Assembly (NCBI GenBank): GCA_036507075.1
Contig: DASXQR010000163.1
Span: 17,699 to 81,698 of the forward strand
From: Acidobacteriota bacterium
GTDB taxonomy: Bacteria; Acidobacteriota; UBA6911; JACQSX01
Length of the DNA: 64,000 nt
Reading direction: 5' to 3'
This document shows, piece after piece, positions 8,878 to 18,727 of this stretch (within the stretch, counting starts at the first letter, position 1; each line of letters opens with the position of its first letter). Below the pieces are notes generated by a model. It was not told the origin of the DNA and made no database searches. It saw nothing but the letters and a program-made list of their open reading frames with translations. Position numbers and translations under genes: made by a program.

Positions 8878-10245
8878 ATGAGCGAATCCAAACAAAATGC
8901 CTCACGTCGTGAGTTTTTGAAAAGTACCGGACGAATTGCCGCTGCCTCGGCACTGGCGGGCGCCAGCATTCCGTTTGTCCATGCGAGCCAGGACAACACC
9001 ATTTCGGTGGTCCTTATCGGCTGCGGCGGCCGCGGCACAGGCGCCGTGGCCAATGCGCTATCGGTGAAGAACGGGCCCATAAGGCTGGTCGCTATGGCCG
9101 ATGTTTTCGAGAGCCGTCTCAAGGGGAGCTATAGCCGCCTTAAGGAGCGGTACAGCCAGCAGGTCGACGTTCCCGAGGACCACAAGTTCATCGGTTTTGA
9201 CGCCTACCAGAAAGCAATGGACTGCCTCAGGCCGGGAGATGTGGCTATTTTTGCCACACCCCCGGGCTTCCGCTGGGTCCATTTCAACTACGCCATCCAA
9301 AAGGGCCTGAATGTGTTCATGGAAAAGCCGGTGACAGTGGACGCACCGACAACCCGCAAAATGCTCCAATTGGCTGACGAAGCGGACAAAAAGAACCTTA
9401 AGGTGGGAGTGGGTCTGATGATTCGCCACTGCAGGGCCCGGCAGGCGCTCAAAGAGAAGATCGAGTCCGGTCAGATCGGCGACATCTTAATGATGCGGGC
9501 CTACCGGATGCACGGTCCGGCCGGCTTTGCTTTTTCCGAGCCGAAGCCTGCCGACATCAGCGAGCTGCTTTATCAGGTCCAGCGGTTCCATAGTTTTCTG
9601 TGGGCCAGCGGCGGTCTTTACAGTGACTTCTACATCCATCAAATCGACGAATGTTGTTGGATGAAGGGCGCCTGGCCGGTTCAGGCACAGGCGCTGGGGG
9701 CACGTCACTATCGCGGAAGCGCCGTCGATCAGAACTTTGACAATTACTCGGTCGAATACACCTTTGCCGACGGTTCAAAGCTCTTTTTGGAAGGCCGGAC
9801 AATGGAAGGGGCTTACACGTCATTCTCGAGCTACGTGCACGGCACCAAAGGCGTGGGCATCGTTTCCACTTCCAGTCACAGCCCCGGCAAATGCCGCACA
9901 TTCAAGAATCAGACCATGGCCGATGCCGATCTGATTTGGGCCTTCCCGCAGCCCGAGCAGAACCCTTATGACCTTGAATGGGACGACCTGATTGATGCGA
10001 TTCGCGGAGACAAACCCTACAATGAAGTGAAACGCGGCGCCCAGGCAAGCCTTGTGACATCAATGGGACGAATGGCCGCGCATACGGGCCAGGTAATTAC
10101 CTGGGATAAGATGGTTAACTGCGAACACGAGTTCGCTCCCGGCGTCGATAAGCTGGCCATGAATTCCGGGGCGCCCCTGCTGCCCGGTGCCGATGGCAAA
10201 TACCCGATCCCAATGCCGGGAATCATCAAGGACCGAGAATACTAA
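8878..10245 (+). CDS. Tat-exported Gfo/Idh/MocA oxidoreductase
   Basis: SRREFLK twin-arginine signal, IGCGGRG Rossmann motif, MEKP motif. Confidence 0.92.
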   Translation: MSESKQNASRREFLKSTGRIAAASALAGASIPFVHASQDNTISVVLIGCGGRGTGAVANALSVKNGPIRLVAMADVFESRLKGSYSRLKERYSQQVDVPEDHKFIGFDAYQKAMDCLRPGDVAIFATPPGFRWVHFNYAIQKGLNVFMEKPVTVDAPTTRKMLQLADEADKKNLKVGVGLMIRHCRARQALKEKIESGQIGDILMMRAYRMHGPAGFAFSEPKPADISELLYQVQRFHSFLWASGGLYSDFYIHQIDECCWMKGAWPVQAQALGARHYRGSAVDQNFDNYSVEYTFADGSKLFLEGRTMEGAYTSFSSYVHGTKGVGIVSTSSHSPGKCRTFKNQTMADADLIWAFPQPEQNPYDLEWDDLIDAIRGDKPYNEVKRGAQASLVTSMGRMAAHTGQVITWDKMVNCEHEFAPGVDKLAMNSGAPLLPGADGKYPIPMPGIIKDREY

Positions 10246-10310
10246 AGTCCTGGCCTCGTCTGCCCAGCCGGGCTGGAGGCCAGGCCTTCTCATGGCTGCT
10301 GATATATTGC

Positions 10311-10401
10311 TTCGTCGCAGAGGCGCTGAGAACGCCAAACCGCGCAGAGTTTGAGCTTGGGCTCTGCGCAATCTTGGCGTTCTTTGCGCCTTTGCGGCGA
10401 A
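10311..10401. repeat. Palindromic CGCAGAGGCGC-family element
   Basis: Inverted arms between convergent genes. Confidence 0.7.
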
Positions 10402-10440
10402 GATAACGCGGCGACTTAGTTACAAAATCCGGATAAAAGT

Positions 10441-11115
10441 TCAAGCGGAAGTCGTCAAGTGTTGCTCAAACCACGCAGCGGCAAGTTGGGCTACTTTCTC
10501 CAGCGCCCCTGGCTCCTCGAAAAGGTGACTCGCTCCGGGGATGATCTCCATTTTCTTTTCACATTCGAGTTGCTGGAACGCCTCTTCATTCAGTTCGATG
10601 ACGTCGTGATCGTGTCCGCCTACAATCAATAAAGTAGGGGAAACCACCTGGCGCAATGCCTGGCCGGCGAGATCAGGACGTCCCCCGCGCGACACGACGG
10701 CGCCAACCTGCGATCCTAAACAAGCGGCCGCCGCAAGCGCAGCGGCGGCGCCGGTGCTGGCGCCGAAGTACCCGACGCGCAAGCCGCGCGTCGCGGGCTC
10801 CCTGATCACCCATTCCGTGCTGGAGACTAGCCGGGTAGTGAGCAGGCCGATGTCGAAGCGATACTGGCGCGTGTAAATGTCTATTGACTCCTCGGAAGGT
10901 GTAAGCAAATCGAAGAGCAATGTCGACAGGACGTGATTGTGGAGTACTTCCGCCACGTACTGATTGCGGGGGCTATGGCGGCTGCTGCCGCTGCCATGAG
11001 CAAACAGCACAATCCCCTGCGACCCTTCTACCAGGTGAAGCTCGCCCTCCAGGCGGATGGAACTGGAAGGAATCTGCACGTCGCGCATTTGAACGCCGTT
11101 CTTGGTGCCTCTCAT
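10441..11115 (-). CDS. Dienelactone hydrolase-family alpha/beta hydrolase
   Basis: FAHGSGSSRHSPRN, YFGASTG, SRGGRPDLA, HLFEE motifs; RBS GGAG before ATG 11115. Confidence 0.88.
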   Translation of the reverse strand: MRGTKNGVQMRDVQIPSSSIRLEGELHLVEGSQGIVLFAHGSGSSRHSPRNQYVAEVLHNHVLSTLLFDLLTPSEESIDIYTRQYRFDIGLLTTRLVSSTEWVIREPATRGLRVGYFGASTGAAAALAAAACLGSQVGAVVSRGGRPDLAGQALRQVVSPTLLIVGGHDHDVIELNEEAFQQLECEKKMEIIPGASHLFEEPGALEKVAQLAAAWFEQHLTTSA

Positions 11116-11301
11116 AACAATCTCCTGCAAAAGCTCGGGGCGCGTTTACCGCTTCATTATCTTCCCCTGAAATCATTATAGTTCCGCAGGCCAGTAGAAC
11201 ACCGAAAACAGCACCGCGTACTTGAGCTTGAAATGGCGGATTCGGCAGGCGGTTCCGCACTTGTGGTTTGGCTAACCAAGGAAAAATTCGAGGCAGAGCT
11301 T

Positions 11302-11370
11302 TTCACCACGCCACAAAGAGCACGAAGCAGGACCCAAATCTTGCTGCGTGCTCTTTGTGTCTTTGTGGTG
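11302..11370. repeat. Palindromic TTCACCAC...GTGGTG element
   Basis: Same family as 889-1038. Confidence 0.75.
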
Positions 11371-11438
11371 ATGGAGATTCAAACGGGCGAGGCCGCGGAG
11401 ATCCTGGGTCTCCGCGGCGGTCGGTCGAAAGCTGAACG

Positions 11439-11645
11439 TTAGACCTTGCTGACGTTTTCGGCCTGGTCTCCCTTAGGCCCGCGGGTCACGGTGAATTCAA
11501 CCGCCTGGCCTTCGGCCAGTGTCTTGAATCCAGATCCCTGAATCGCGGTGTGATGCACAAACACATCGGCGCCGGTGGCGCGGGTAATAAAACCAAAACC
11601 TTTTGCGTCGTTAAACCACTTTACTGTTCCTTGTTCTCTGTTCAT
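11439..11645 (-). CDS. cspA: Cold-shock protein
   Basis: [15 protein letters not shown] and DVFVHH RNP motifs. Confidence 0.96.
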   Translation of the reverse strand: MNREQGTVKWFNDAKGFGFITRATGADVFVHHTAIQGSGFKTLAEGQAVEFTVTRGPKGDQAENVSKV

Positions 11646-11705
11646 TGTTCCTCTTAATTGATTTTGTTGAATTTTTCACTTGTCCGTTCTTGTAACGTTC
11701 AGCGC

Positions 11706-11746
11706 AACAAAAAAGAGCTGCCGGACCCCAGGATCCCGCAGCTCTT
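11706..11746 (-). terminator. Intrinsic terminator-like hairpin about 60 nt upstream of csp
   Basis: Minus strand AAGAGCTGC...GCAGCTCTT followed by TTTTGTT. Confidence 0.55.
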
Positions 11747-11911
11747 ATGTTTTCCTTTGAAAGATTACAAAAACCTGACCAAGATCATGAGTACCTTACG
11801 CTAGTCGGAAACATTTGTCCAGGTTAATCTGCGGACCACGTCCAGGACCACAGCAACGCCTGACGTATCCGGATCCTCGCACGCATCAGTACCGCGACCG
11901 TAAGAACATGA

Positions 11912-11958
11912 GAAAAAATAGACGCCACCGGGACAAGCCCGGTGGCGTCTATTTTTTC
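11912..11958. terminator. Perfect 21-bp hairpin; bidirectional terminator or REP
   Basis: gaaaaaatagacgccaccggg-acaag-cccggtggcgtctattttttc. Confidence 0.75.
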
Positions 11959-11995
11959 ACGCCCGGCTATCGAAGAAAACTACCCGGCTGATACT

Positions 11996-12841
11996 TTACC
12001 TGCGAGCCAGCATGAAGGTTCGCAAGGTTCGTTCCAACGACTCGCGCGGGATACCATCGACAAATCTTCCGATTATCAGTCCGAGGCCCAGCGGAATGTC
12101 GCGAGACATGCTCAATGAAGTGCACTCAATAATCACTCCGCCATCAACCTGCTCGAATTTCCAGAAGCTGTCGAACTTCCAAAGGAAGCCATGATCTTTG
12201 CCGCGGGGTTTTTCCCTCTCGGAGGGCTTATCAACATCCTCCAGTTCCGCTATTTTGGTGGCCCGATTTTCACTCCACTCGCGCAGGGGCGACAACGGGT
12301 AATAAATGCCGTCGTACTCGGTATTGTAATAAACGGTAATCACCTTGGTGCGGCGCAGTTTATAAAACACCCGAAAGAAGTTGCCGTTGCGACTGAGCAG
12401 TTTGGATTGGACGACATCATCTTTGAAGTACTTCGAATGCTCGTTGTAGTTCTGGGCAAAGGAGGCAATATCGGAAAGTTTGGCTCCGGGAATCAGAATG
12501 GTCCCTCTCCAGTGATGAATCAGGGCGTCGTCCAGGTCCCCGTGAGGCCTTTTCTTCGCATCGACTCTGTCAATTACGACTTCGCCCTTTTTCAATTTCG
12601 AAAGGAAGTCGGCTCGCGCCGCTTGCGGTCTTTTGTGGAAAGAAAGGAATTCCGGAGATTCCACTTCCTTCACCATTTCCTGCCGCAGAGCCCGATGGTA
12701 AAGCTCGTATTTCTCCAGATCTTCGCGCTTTTGACCCAGCGCCATCGAAATCGCGGACGTCAGGATGAAAGCAGCGATAAACCTAAGAACACTCCGGTCA
12801 AACGGTGAAGAACAGGCCTGTGCCGGTACGCCTTGTCTCAT
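11996..12841 (-). CDS. Exported hypothetical protein, possibly START/SRPBCC-like fold
   Basis: Signal-like segment; IHHWRGTILIPG and GFLWKFDSFWKFEQVDGGVIIEC segments. Confidence 0.7.
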   Translation of the reverse strand: MRQGVPAQACSSPFDRSVLRFIAAFILTSAISMALGQKREDLEKYELYHRALRQEMVKEVESPEFLSFHKRPQAARADFLSKLKKGEVVIDRVDAKKRPHGDLDDALIHHWRGTILIPGAKLSDIASFAQNYNEHSKYFKDDVVQSKLLSRNGNFFRVFYKLRRTKVITVYYNTEYDGIYYPLSPLREWSENRATKIAELEDVDKPSEREKPRGKDHGFLWKFDSFWKFEQVDGGVIIECTSLSMSRDIPLGLGLIIGRFVDGIPRESLERTLRTFMLARR

Positions 12842-12935
12842 ATGGTCTTAGAGTTACCCCGTGAGGAAAAGTTGTGCCGCTCGCCGGGCGAAAATGGGCA
12901 CCAGGCTAAGACTAGCACTTAGTTTCAAAAATTCC

Positions 12936-14618
12936 TTAATCGGATTTCTGAAACGGATCCTGAGGCTCACCGCCGGTGATAATGCGCGGCTCCGAGAGGT
13001 CCAGGTTTTTCAGATCAAGCAGGATCGTGTTGATGCGCTCGGCACAGTATTTGATCTCTTTGAGACATTCACGAGCCGCGGGAGTGAGCTCTTCCCATTC
13101 CATCAAGGTCACATTTCCCAGTATTCCGGTAAGCGGGTTGAAAACTTCATGCATCAGAACAAGCAGCATTCTCCTTGCCGTTTCCTGGCGTTCCCGCTCC
13201 ACCATGGCGCGCTTTTCCAGGGTGATATCACGCTCCACAGCCGAGACGCTGGTGATCTTGCCGGACGGATCTTTCATCGGTGAAATACTGACGAAAACAC
13301 TCAGTTGAGTGCCATCCTTTCTTACTCGCAGCGCGTCGTGGTTCTTGACGTGTTCGCCCTTCTTCACCCTGCTCAGAATCTCGGAAAAATCGCGTTGCCA
13401 CTCGAGGGGAACCAGCGCGAAGGCGGATTTCCCTTCGATTTCCGGCGCGGAATAACCATAGGTTCTCTCAGCGCCGGGATTCCAGTCGAGAATTGACCCG
13501 TCCAGGGTGTAGCTGAAGATGGCTTCGTTTGAGGACTCTACAATTTCGGCCAGCCGGGCCAGTATCGCCTCGGCTTGCTTGCGTTTGCTGATGTCGCGCA
13601 GTGATCCTTCAACCCCTTTGATCGCACCGTCATCCCCCAGCAGCAGATGCGCGTTGGCGGAAACTGGAAGCGCCTGGCCGTCCTTTCTCTTCAGCAACAC
13701 TTCAAAGTCGGCGACCTCACCCTTCGTTTTGAGTTCCTGAAGCAACTGCCGCCTTTTCTCCGGATCGAAGTAGAGGCTTTCCACGTTCACGCCGATCAAC
13801 TCGTCGCGAGTATAATCGGAATATCTTTGGATGGACGAGCTGATTTCCAGAATGTGGCCTTCCAAATCCGTCTGGTAGTAGACGTCCTGCACATTCTCAA
13901 AGATGTTCCGGTATTTACGCTCGCTTTCCTTCAAGGCATGTTCTGCCTTTTCGCGCTCAGCCAGTTGCTCGTTAAGAACAAGAATTGTGATTCCAACCGA
14001 GAGGCCGAAGACATGAAAAAACCAGAATAGAAAAGTCTCGGGTGGAAAAAAGGAAATGTAGTACTGCGTCGGCACCGCCAGAGAGCCGACCGCATGCGGC
14101 AGAAAAAAGACGGTCGTAATAAGCGCTCCGGGCAGCCGGGTGCGCTTCCAATAGCGAAAAAACCAAATCATCGCCAGCAACCGGATGGCGCCTCCCGGAA
14201 TGTAACTGATCAGAAGATTGATCAGCGTCGCATCAAAGGTAACCGAGTCTGCGCCTGCGCCCACTGCCGATGCCACATAAGGCCGCAACAGATAATTTGC
14301 CGCAATCAACGGTATCGTCGCGCCAAGGTAAATTGCCGGAAATTTCTTCGACAGGCGAACGCCCAGAAATAGAGCAACTCCTGAAAAGAACAGCCATGTC
14401 GCTACCGGATACAGCACGTCGACGGCGGTGAACCAGTAGATCGAGAAACTCCAGCCCTGAGCCCGCGCCAGCAAAACGCCGGCTCGAAATGCTTCAATCA
14501 CCCAGGCGCCGGCGAAACGCGGCAGGAATTCCGACTGCCGATACCAGTGCAGAATAATGAAAATTGCGGCAAAGCCGAGATGAGTCAGGATGATGACGTT
14601 AAGGTACGCTTGTTCCAC
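12936..14618 (-). CDS. Multi-TM PAS-PAS protein ending in a HisKA phosphoacceptor, with no HATPase domain
   Basis: About 7 TM helices, two PAS/PAC units, HEVFNPLTGILG near the C-terminus. Confidence 0.85.
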   Translation of the reverse strand: MEQAYLNVIILTHLGFAAIFIILHWYRQSEFLPRFAGAWVIEAFRAGVLLARAQGWSFSIYWFTAVDVLYPVATWLFFSGVALFLGVRLSKKFPAIYLGATIPLIAANYLLRPYVASAVGAGADSVTFDATLINLLISYIPGGAIRLLAMIWFFRYWKRTRLPGALITTVFFLPHAVGSLAVPTQYYISFFPPETFLFWFFHVFGLSVGITILVLNEQLAEREKAEHALKESERKYRNIFENVQDVYYQTDLEGHILEISSSIQRYSDYTRDELIGVNVESLYFDPEKRRQLLQELKTKGEVADFEVLLKRKDGQALPVSANAHLLLGDDGAIKGVEGSLRDISKRKQAEAILARLAEIVESSNEAIFSYTLDGSILDWNPGAERTYGYSAPEIEGKSAFALVPLEWQRDFSEILSRVKKGEHVKNHDALRVRKDGTQLSVFVSISPMKDPSGKITSVSAVERDITLEKRAMVERERQETARRMLLVLMHEVFNPLTGILGNVTLMEWEELTPAARECLKEIKYCAERINTILLDLKNLDLSEPRIITGGEPQDPFQKSD

Positions 14619-15055
14619 GTTTCGCCGCGCCGCGAATTGGAATTAAACACGCTCGTAACGTCGAGCGTGTAACAGAGTCCCCAATCGTACAACTTGTGCC
14701 TTAGGCTTGCAGAAATAAAAAGCAATCTGTTATCCATCCAAAAAATTGGACTCGCTCGAACGCCCGAGACTGGTTTGGCTGGATTCGAGGAGTTGCGGAT
14801 CAAGTGAAACAAACTCACTCTTGGGGCGTAAAAAAATTTGGGGACGCGCTCATGCGATCGCGTGCGTCATCGACGGAATCGTGTTCTCTTCCAGATCCTT
14901 TCGATTTTTTTGAACTTTTTCACTTCCACACGGATCTAAGAAAAGCCGCGTTGTCGGCTCTGGTTTTTTTGGAGGTTCGGCAAGATCCCCATACGCAACC
15001 GTCGGCAGGCATTCCTAGCAGATGTCCAGCGTTGGGTCACGGTTTGCAGGCAGAG

Positions 15056-16450
15056 ATGAGCGCCACACAACTTTACATTTTGCCGTCATCATTTCGCGAC
15101 CCCGCCGGCTACGTGTTCATCGAAGACAAGACGGTGAAGCGTGCTGTTACTTTCAAAGGTAAGGCCAATTACGACTTGTTGATGTCGTCGGGTCTGTACG
15201 ATCGATTGGTCGATAACGACTGGATGGTGCGGCATCAGGAGGAGAGCCGCGACTTTGATCCGGTTTCCGGAATTTACAAAACCATTCTGCCGGAGCAGTT
15301 GGATTACATCTCTTATCCGTACGAATGGTCATTCTCGCAGTTGCAGGATGCCGCCCTTCTTACTCTTCAGATCCAGATGCTCGCCATGAAGCACGGAATG
15401 TCGCTCAAGGACGCCAGCTCGTTCAACGTCCAGTTTCGAGGCCCGCACCCCGTTTTCATCGACACTTTATCCTTCCAAGAAAACAAGCGCGGCCCTTGGA
15501 TTGCTTACGATCAGTTCTGCCGGCATTTTCTGGCGCCGCTGCTGCTCATGTCGAATCTGTCGCCCAATTTCAATCAATTCCTGAAGGCAAGCCTGGACGG
15601 TTTCCCGCTGGATCTGACATCCACTTTGCTGCCGCTTCGGACATATCTGCAATTCGGTCCGCTGATTCACCTCCACCTTCACGCCAGAACTCAAAAGAAA
15701 TACGCAAGCGCGCCGAAGCGCCCCAATGGATGGGCCATCGCATCGCCGGCGCGCGACCCCAAGCCTGCGATCATTGAGTCCCTTGTTTCGACCATCGAGA
15801 GCCAGAAACTGCGTCGAAAACAGGGCAACTGGATAAATTACTACCGTGATGCGCATCATTACTCTCCGATCGACGAAGAGTTCAAGAAATCCGTGGTTTC
15901 TTCAACGCTGAAGCAGACAAGACCGGCCTGCGTTTACGATCTGGGTGGAAATACCGGAAATTACAGCCGCCTGGCCACCGCACAGGGAATACGCTGCGTC
16001 TGTTACGATTTTGATCCGCTGTGCGTAAACGAAAACTACCTGCAATCAAAGGCGCGCAACGATCTCAGAATGCTGCCGCTATTGATGGATTTGAACAACC
16101 CAAGCCCCGGCTTGGGTTTTGACTCCTGCGAGCGCCTGAGCTTTATTGAGAGGCCGAAGCCGGATTTAGTGTTTGCTCTGGCGATACTCCATCACTTGCG
16201 GATCACGGGCAACGTTCCGCTGCGCCGGATTTCGCAGTTCTTCGCAAAGCTGACACGCTGGTTGTTGATTGAGTTCATACCCAAACAGGACGAGATGGCG
16301 ATGAGGCTTCTTCAAGGGCGTGAGGATGTCTTTGATGACTACTCGCTTCCGGATTTCTATCGCATTTTCGGGCGGTACTTCAGGTTACAACAAGTTTGGG
16401 AAACCCCGGATAACAGGCGGTTGCTGTGTCTCTTTGAGAATCGTACATGA
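15056..16450 (+). CDS. NoeA-like protein: kinase-like N-domain plus class I SAM methyltransferase
   Basis: SFRDPAG, YPYEWSFSQLQDAALLTL, LKDASSFN, FIDTLSF; VYDLGGNTG SAM motif; ATG 15056 preferred over 14804. Confidence 0.8.
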   Translation: MSATQLYILPSSFRDPAGYVFIEDKTVKRAVTFKGKANYDLLMSSGLYDRLVDNDWMVRHQEESRDFDPVSGIYKTILPEQLDYISYPYEWSFSQLQDAALLTLQIQMLAMKHGMSLKDASSFNVQFRGPHPVFIDTLSFQENKRGPWIAYDQFCRHFLAPLLLMSNLSPNFNQFLKASLDGFPLDLTSTLLPLRTYLQFGPLIHLHLHARTQKKYASAPKRPNGWAIASPARDPKPAIIESLVSTIESQKLRRKQGNWINYYRDAHHYSPIDEEFKKSVVSSTLKQTRPACVYDLGGNTGNYSRLATAQGIRCVCYDFDPLCVNENYLQSKARNDLRMLPLLMDLNNPSPGLGFDSCERLSFIERPKPDLVFALAILHHLRITGNVPLRRISQFFAKLTRWLLIEFIPKQDEMAMRLLQGREDVFDDYSLPDFYRIFGRYFRLQQVWETPDNRRLLCLFENRT

Positions 16451-18081
16451 CGCGCTTTCCCGACATTTCGAGCTGGAAAGGCCGGTTCGCGGCGCTGGCT
16501 TGCATCATGGTGCTTCCATTCCTCCGGTTTCTTCTTCAACGCCGGTACAGCCTGTTTCACCTCGACGTGGCGGTGGCGGTGGTGTTTTTGGCGGCGACGT
16601 GTCTGGTTCTCTCCGTCGTTGCCCGGAAGGATCCGGTTTTCTGGATCGTCGCGCTGCTGGGAATCCTGCTGGTGTCGGGAACTCCTGTGCAGCGCGTCAC
16701 AGATCGACTACTGGGGCTTTCTATTGGCTGGGTTTTGGGGATTCTGGCGGTTCTCACAGTGACGTTAATGCGGCTTCTTCGAAAAGATTTTTTTCACATC
16801 GTGCTGGTATTCGCCCTTTCCTCGTTTGCGGTTGACGTGGCCCGGTTCTTTTTGCCGCAGTCCGTCCCTCAGGCGTCCGGTTATTCGCCGGTGATAAACG
16901 GGGCGCATCTGCCACACATGCTCTATATCATCCTGGATGAGCACATCGGCACCGGAGGAATTCCGGATGATCTCCCGCAGGGCCGCGCTGCCGCCCGCAG
17001 GATCGAAGAAACATTCGCCCAATACAACTTCCAGCTTTATCCGCGCGCGTTCAGCAACTACAGCATGACGCTGGAATCGATCCCGAGCATTTTAAACCGC
17101 CGGTTGCTGGAGAACAAGACTGCCCAACTGAATGAACCGGAAACCGGCGCGCGCTGGGGAATCTACTCTTTTCGAGAAAACCGGTTGTTCTCGGAATGTG
17201 CCGCCCGCGGTTACGCGATTCACGTTTACCAGTATCACTCGATCGATTACTGCACGTCCGGGCTTGATGTCCAGACGAAGACTGAATACAGCGATGATCT
17301 GGAGACGCTTAATCACAACCGGGGGCCCTGGTTCGCCCACTTCCAATGGATTGTAGGCAACTATCAGCGTTCGGACTTCTTGCTTTCTCGTTTTAACGGC
17401 CTCTTCCCTTTCCGCTTTCGTGCGCGCCTGGTCGAGCCGCTCGGAGTGGCGCATATCTGGCCGGCGTTGCTGGCCGACAACATTGTCGCTGCCGACAAAA
17501 AGACGTTGTTTTTTGCCCATCTGATGGTGCCCCACCGTCCCTATCTTTATCGTCCCGACGGTGGAATTCGAAATATCACCGAATGGTTGGATGACGATCT
17601 TGAACCGAGCTTCGATCGTCAAACCTACCTGAACAAGTACCGTCGTTATTTCGATCAGCTGGAACATGTCAGAACAGACCTGGAATGGCTTTTGCAGTTC
17701 CTGAAACAGGCTGGGGTTCTGGATTCCATGCTGATCGTGATCCATGGAGACCATGGATCGCGAATCCGTTATGTTCAAAAGGATCTATTTTCCGGGCAAG
17801 GGCGGTTGAAGCGGTCCATGTTGGATCGCTATGACTACGTCTCTCGCCCGGAATTGCGAGATCTGCTGAATCGGTTCTCGACGCTGCTGGCGATCCGTTT
17901 TCCGAAAGCGCAGGCTCCCGTCATGGTTTCAGAGAAAGGCAGCGTGCTGCGTTTTCTCAACCAGGCCCTTTATCAAAATGAGAATCGCGCTCTGCCGCCG
18001 GAAGCCGATTCGGTATATCTGTTCGATGAGAATGATCGACCTCGCGAGATCCGCCTGATTGACGAATGGACAGAGGAGTAG
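16447..18081 (+). CDS. Membrane-anchored sulfatase/alkaline-phosphatase-superfamily protein (NoeB/LtaS-like)
   Basis: N-terminal TM bundle, YIILDEH, putative Thr nucleophile in SNYSMT, HLMVPH, HGDHG; ATGA overlap with the upstream gene. Confidence 0.8.
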   Translation: MTRFPDISSWKGRFAALACIMVLPFLRFLLQRRYSLFHLDVAVAVVFLAATCLVLSVVARKDPVFWIVALLGILLVSGTPVQRVTDRLLGLSIGWVLGILAVLTVTLMRLLRKDFFHIVLVFALSSFAVDVARFFLPQSVPQASGYSPVINGAHLPHMLYIILDEHIGTGGIPDDLPQGRAAARRIEETFAQYNFQLYPRAFSNYSMTLESIPSILNRRLLENKTAQLNEPETGARWGIYSFRENRLFSECAARGYAIHVYQYHSIDYCTSGLDVQTKTEYSDDLETLNHNRGPWFAHFQWIVGNYQRSDFLLSRFNGLFPFRFRARLVEPLGVAHIWPALLADNIVAADKKTLFFAHLMVPHRPYLYRPDGGIRNITEWLDDDLEPSFDRQTYLNKYRRYFDQLEHVRTDLEWLLQFLKQAGVLDSMLIVIHGDHGSRIRYVQKDLFSGQGRLKRSMLDRYDYVSRPELRDLLNRFSTLLAIRFPKAQAPVMVSEKGSVLRFLNQALYQNENRALPPEADSVYLFDENDRPREIRLIDEWTEE

Positions 18082-18179
18082 ATCAAAGTGAGGAACGGGC
18101 AGAGCGAAGATCAAGGCGGGAACTAACGTCGTAATGATCAAAGTGGGGAATGGACGGAGCAGTGGATCAAAGAGGTGGA
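18081..18179 (+). repeat. Four regularly spaced GATCAARG...GGA direct repeats
   Basis: Copies start at 18081, 18109, 18136 and 18165 (period 27-29 bp), with unrelated spacers. Confidence 0.65.
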
Positions 18180-18182
18180 CCC

Positions 18183-18491
18183 ATGAAGCTTGCCGGTTTC
18201 GGTTTACTTTTCTTCATCATGTACTTCTTTGTTTTCCCCACTACCGCCTATGCTTACCTGGACCCGGCGGCGGGAAGCATCGCTTTACAGGTAATAGTGG
18301 GCGGCCTTTTGGCTGTTCTGGCAACGATCCGACTCTACTGGAAACGAATGAAGTCGATCATCACCAGACAAACTCAAACTCAAAATGGTGGCAAAATGGG
18401 GACAGTCCCCAATAATGGTCAAAATGGGGACAGTCCCCAATTAGACAGTCCCCAATTAGACTCCCGAAATCGGGGACAGACCCCCAATTAG
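18183..18491 (+). CDS. Small membrane peptide: signal peptide, YLDPAAGS motif, TM, basic tail; C-terminus extended by REPs
   Basis: RBS GAGG, AYA cleavage site, YLDPAAGSIALQVIVGGLLAVLATIRLYWKRMK. Confidence 0.75.
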   Translation: MKLAGFGLLFFIMYFFVFPTTAYAYLDPAAGSIALQVIVGGLLAVLATIRLYWKRMKSIITRQTQTQNGGKMGTVPNNGQNGDSPQLDSPQLDSRNRGQTPN

Positions 18492-18540
18492 CGCCCCGAT
18501 TAGATTTGCATATTAGTAATTTGGGCTCTCTCCCTTAAAT
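18382..18540. repeat. REP cluster upstream of the RAYT
   Basis: AAAATGGGGACAGTCCCCAAT twice, plus partial copies and GGGGACAGACCCCC. Confidence 0.9.
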
Positions 18541-18727
18541 CCGAGGCCTAAATTCGAGGCCTACCCTCGTTCTTTGGGGCCTGCGCCTCATTCCTTTCCA
18601 ATTTCACCTTCCTTCGAAACATTATTTCGCAGATTTGGAAGCAAGGGAGTTATGTCCGTGGTGAGGGAGTCGGAGGTGCACTCACAGCAGTACGTGGGAG
18701 CGGCTGCAGACTTTGAGGGTCAAAACT

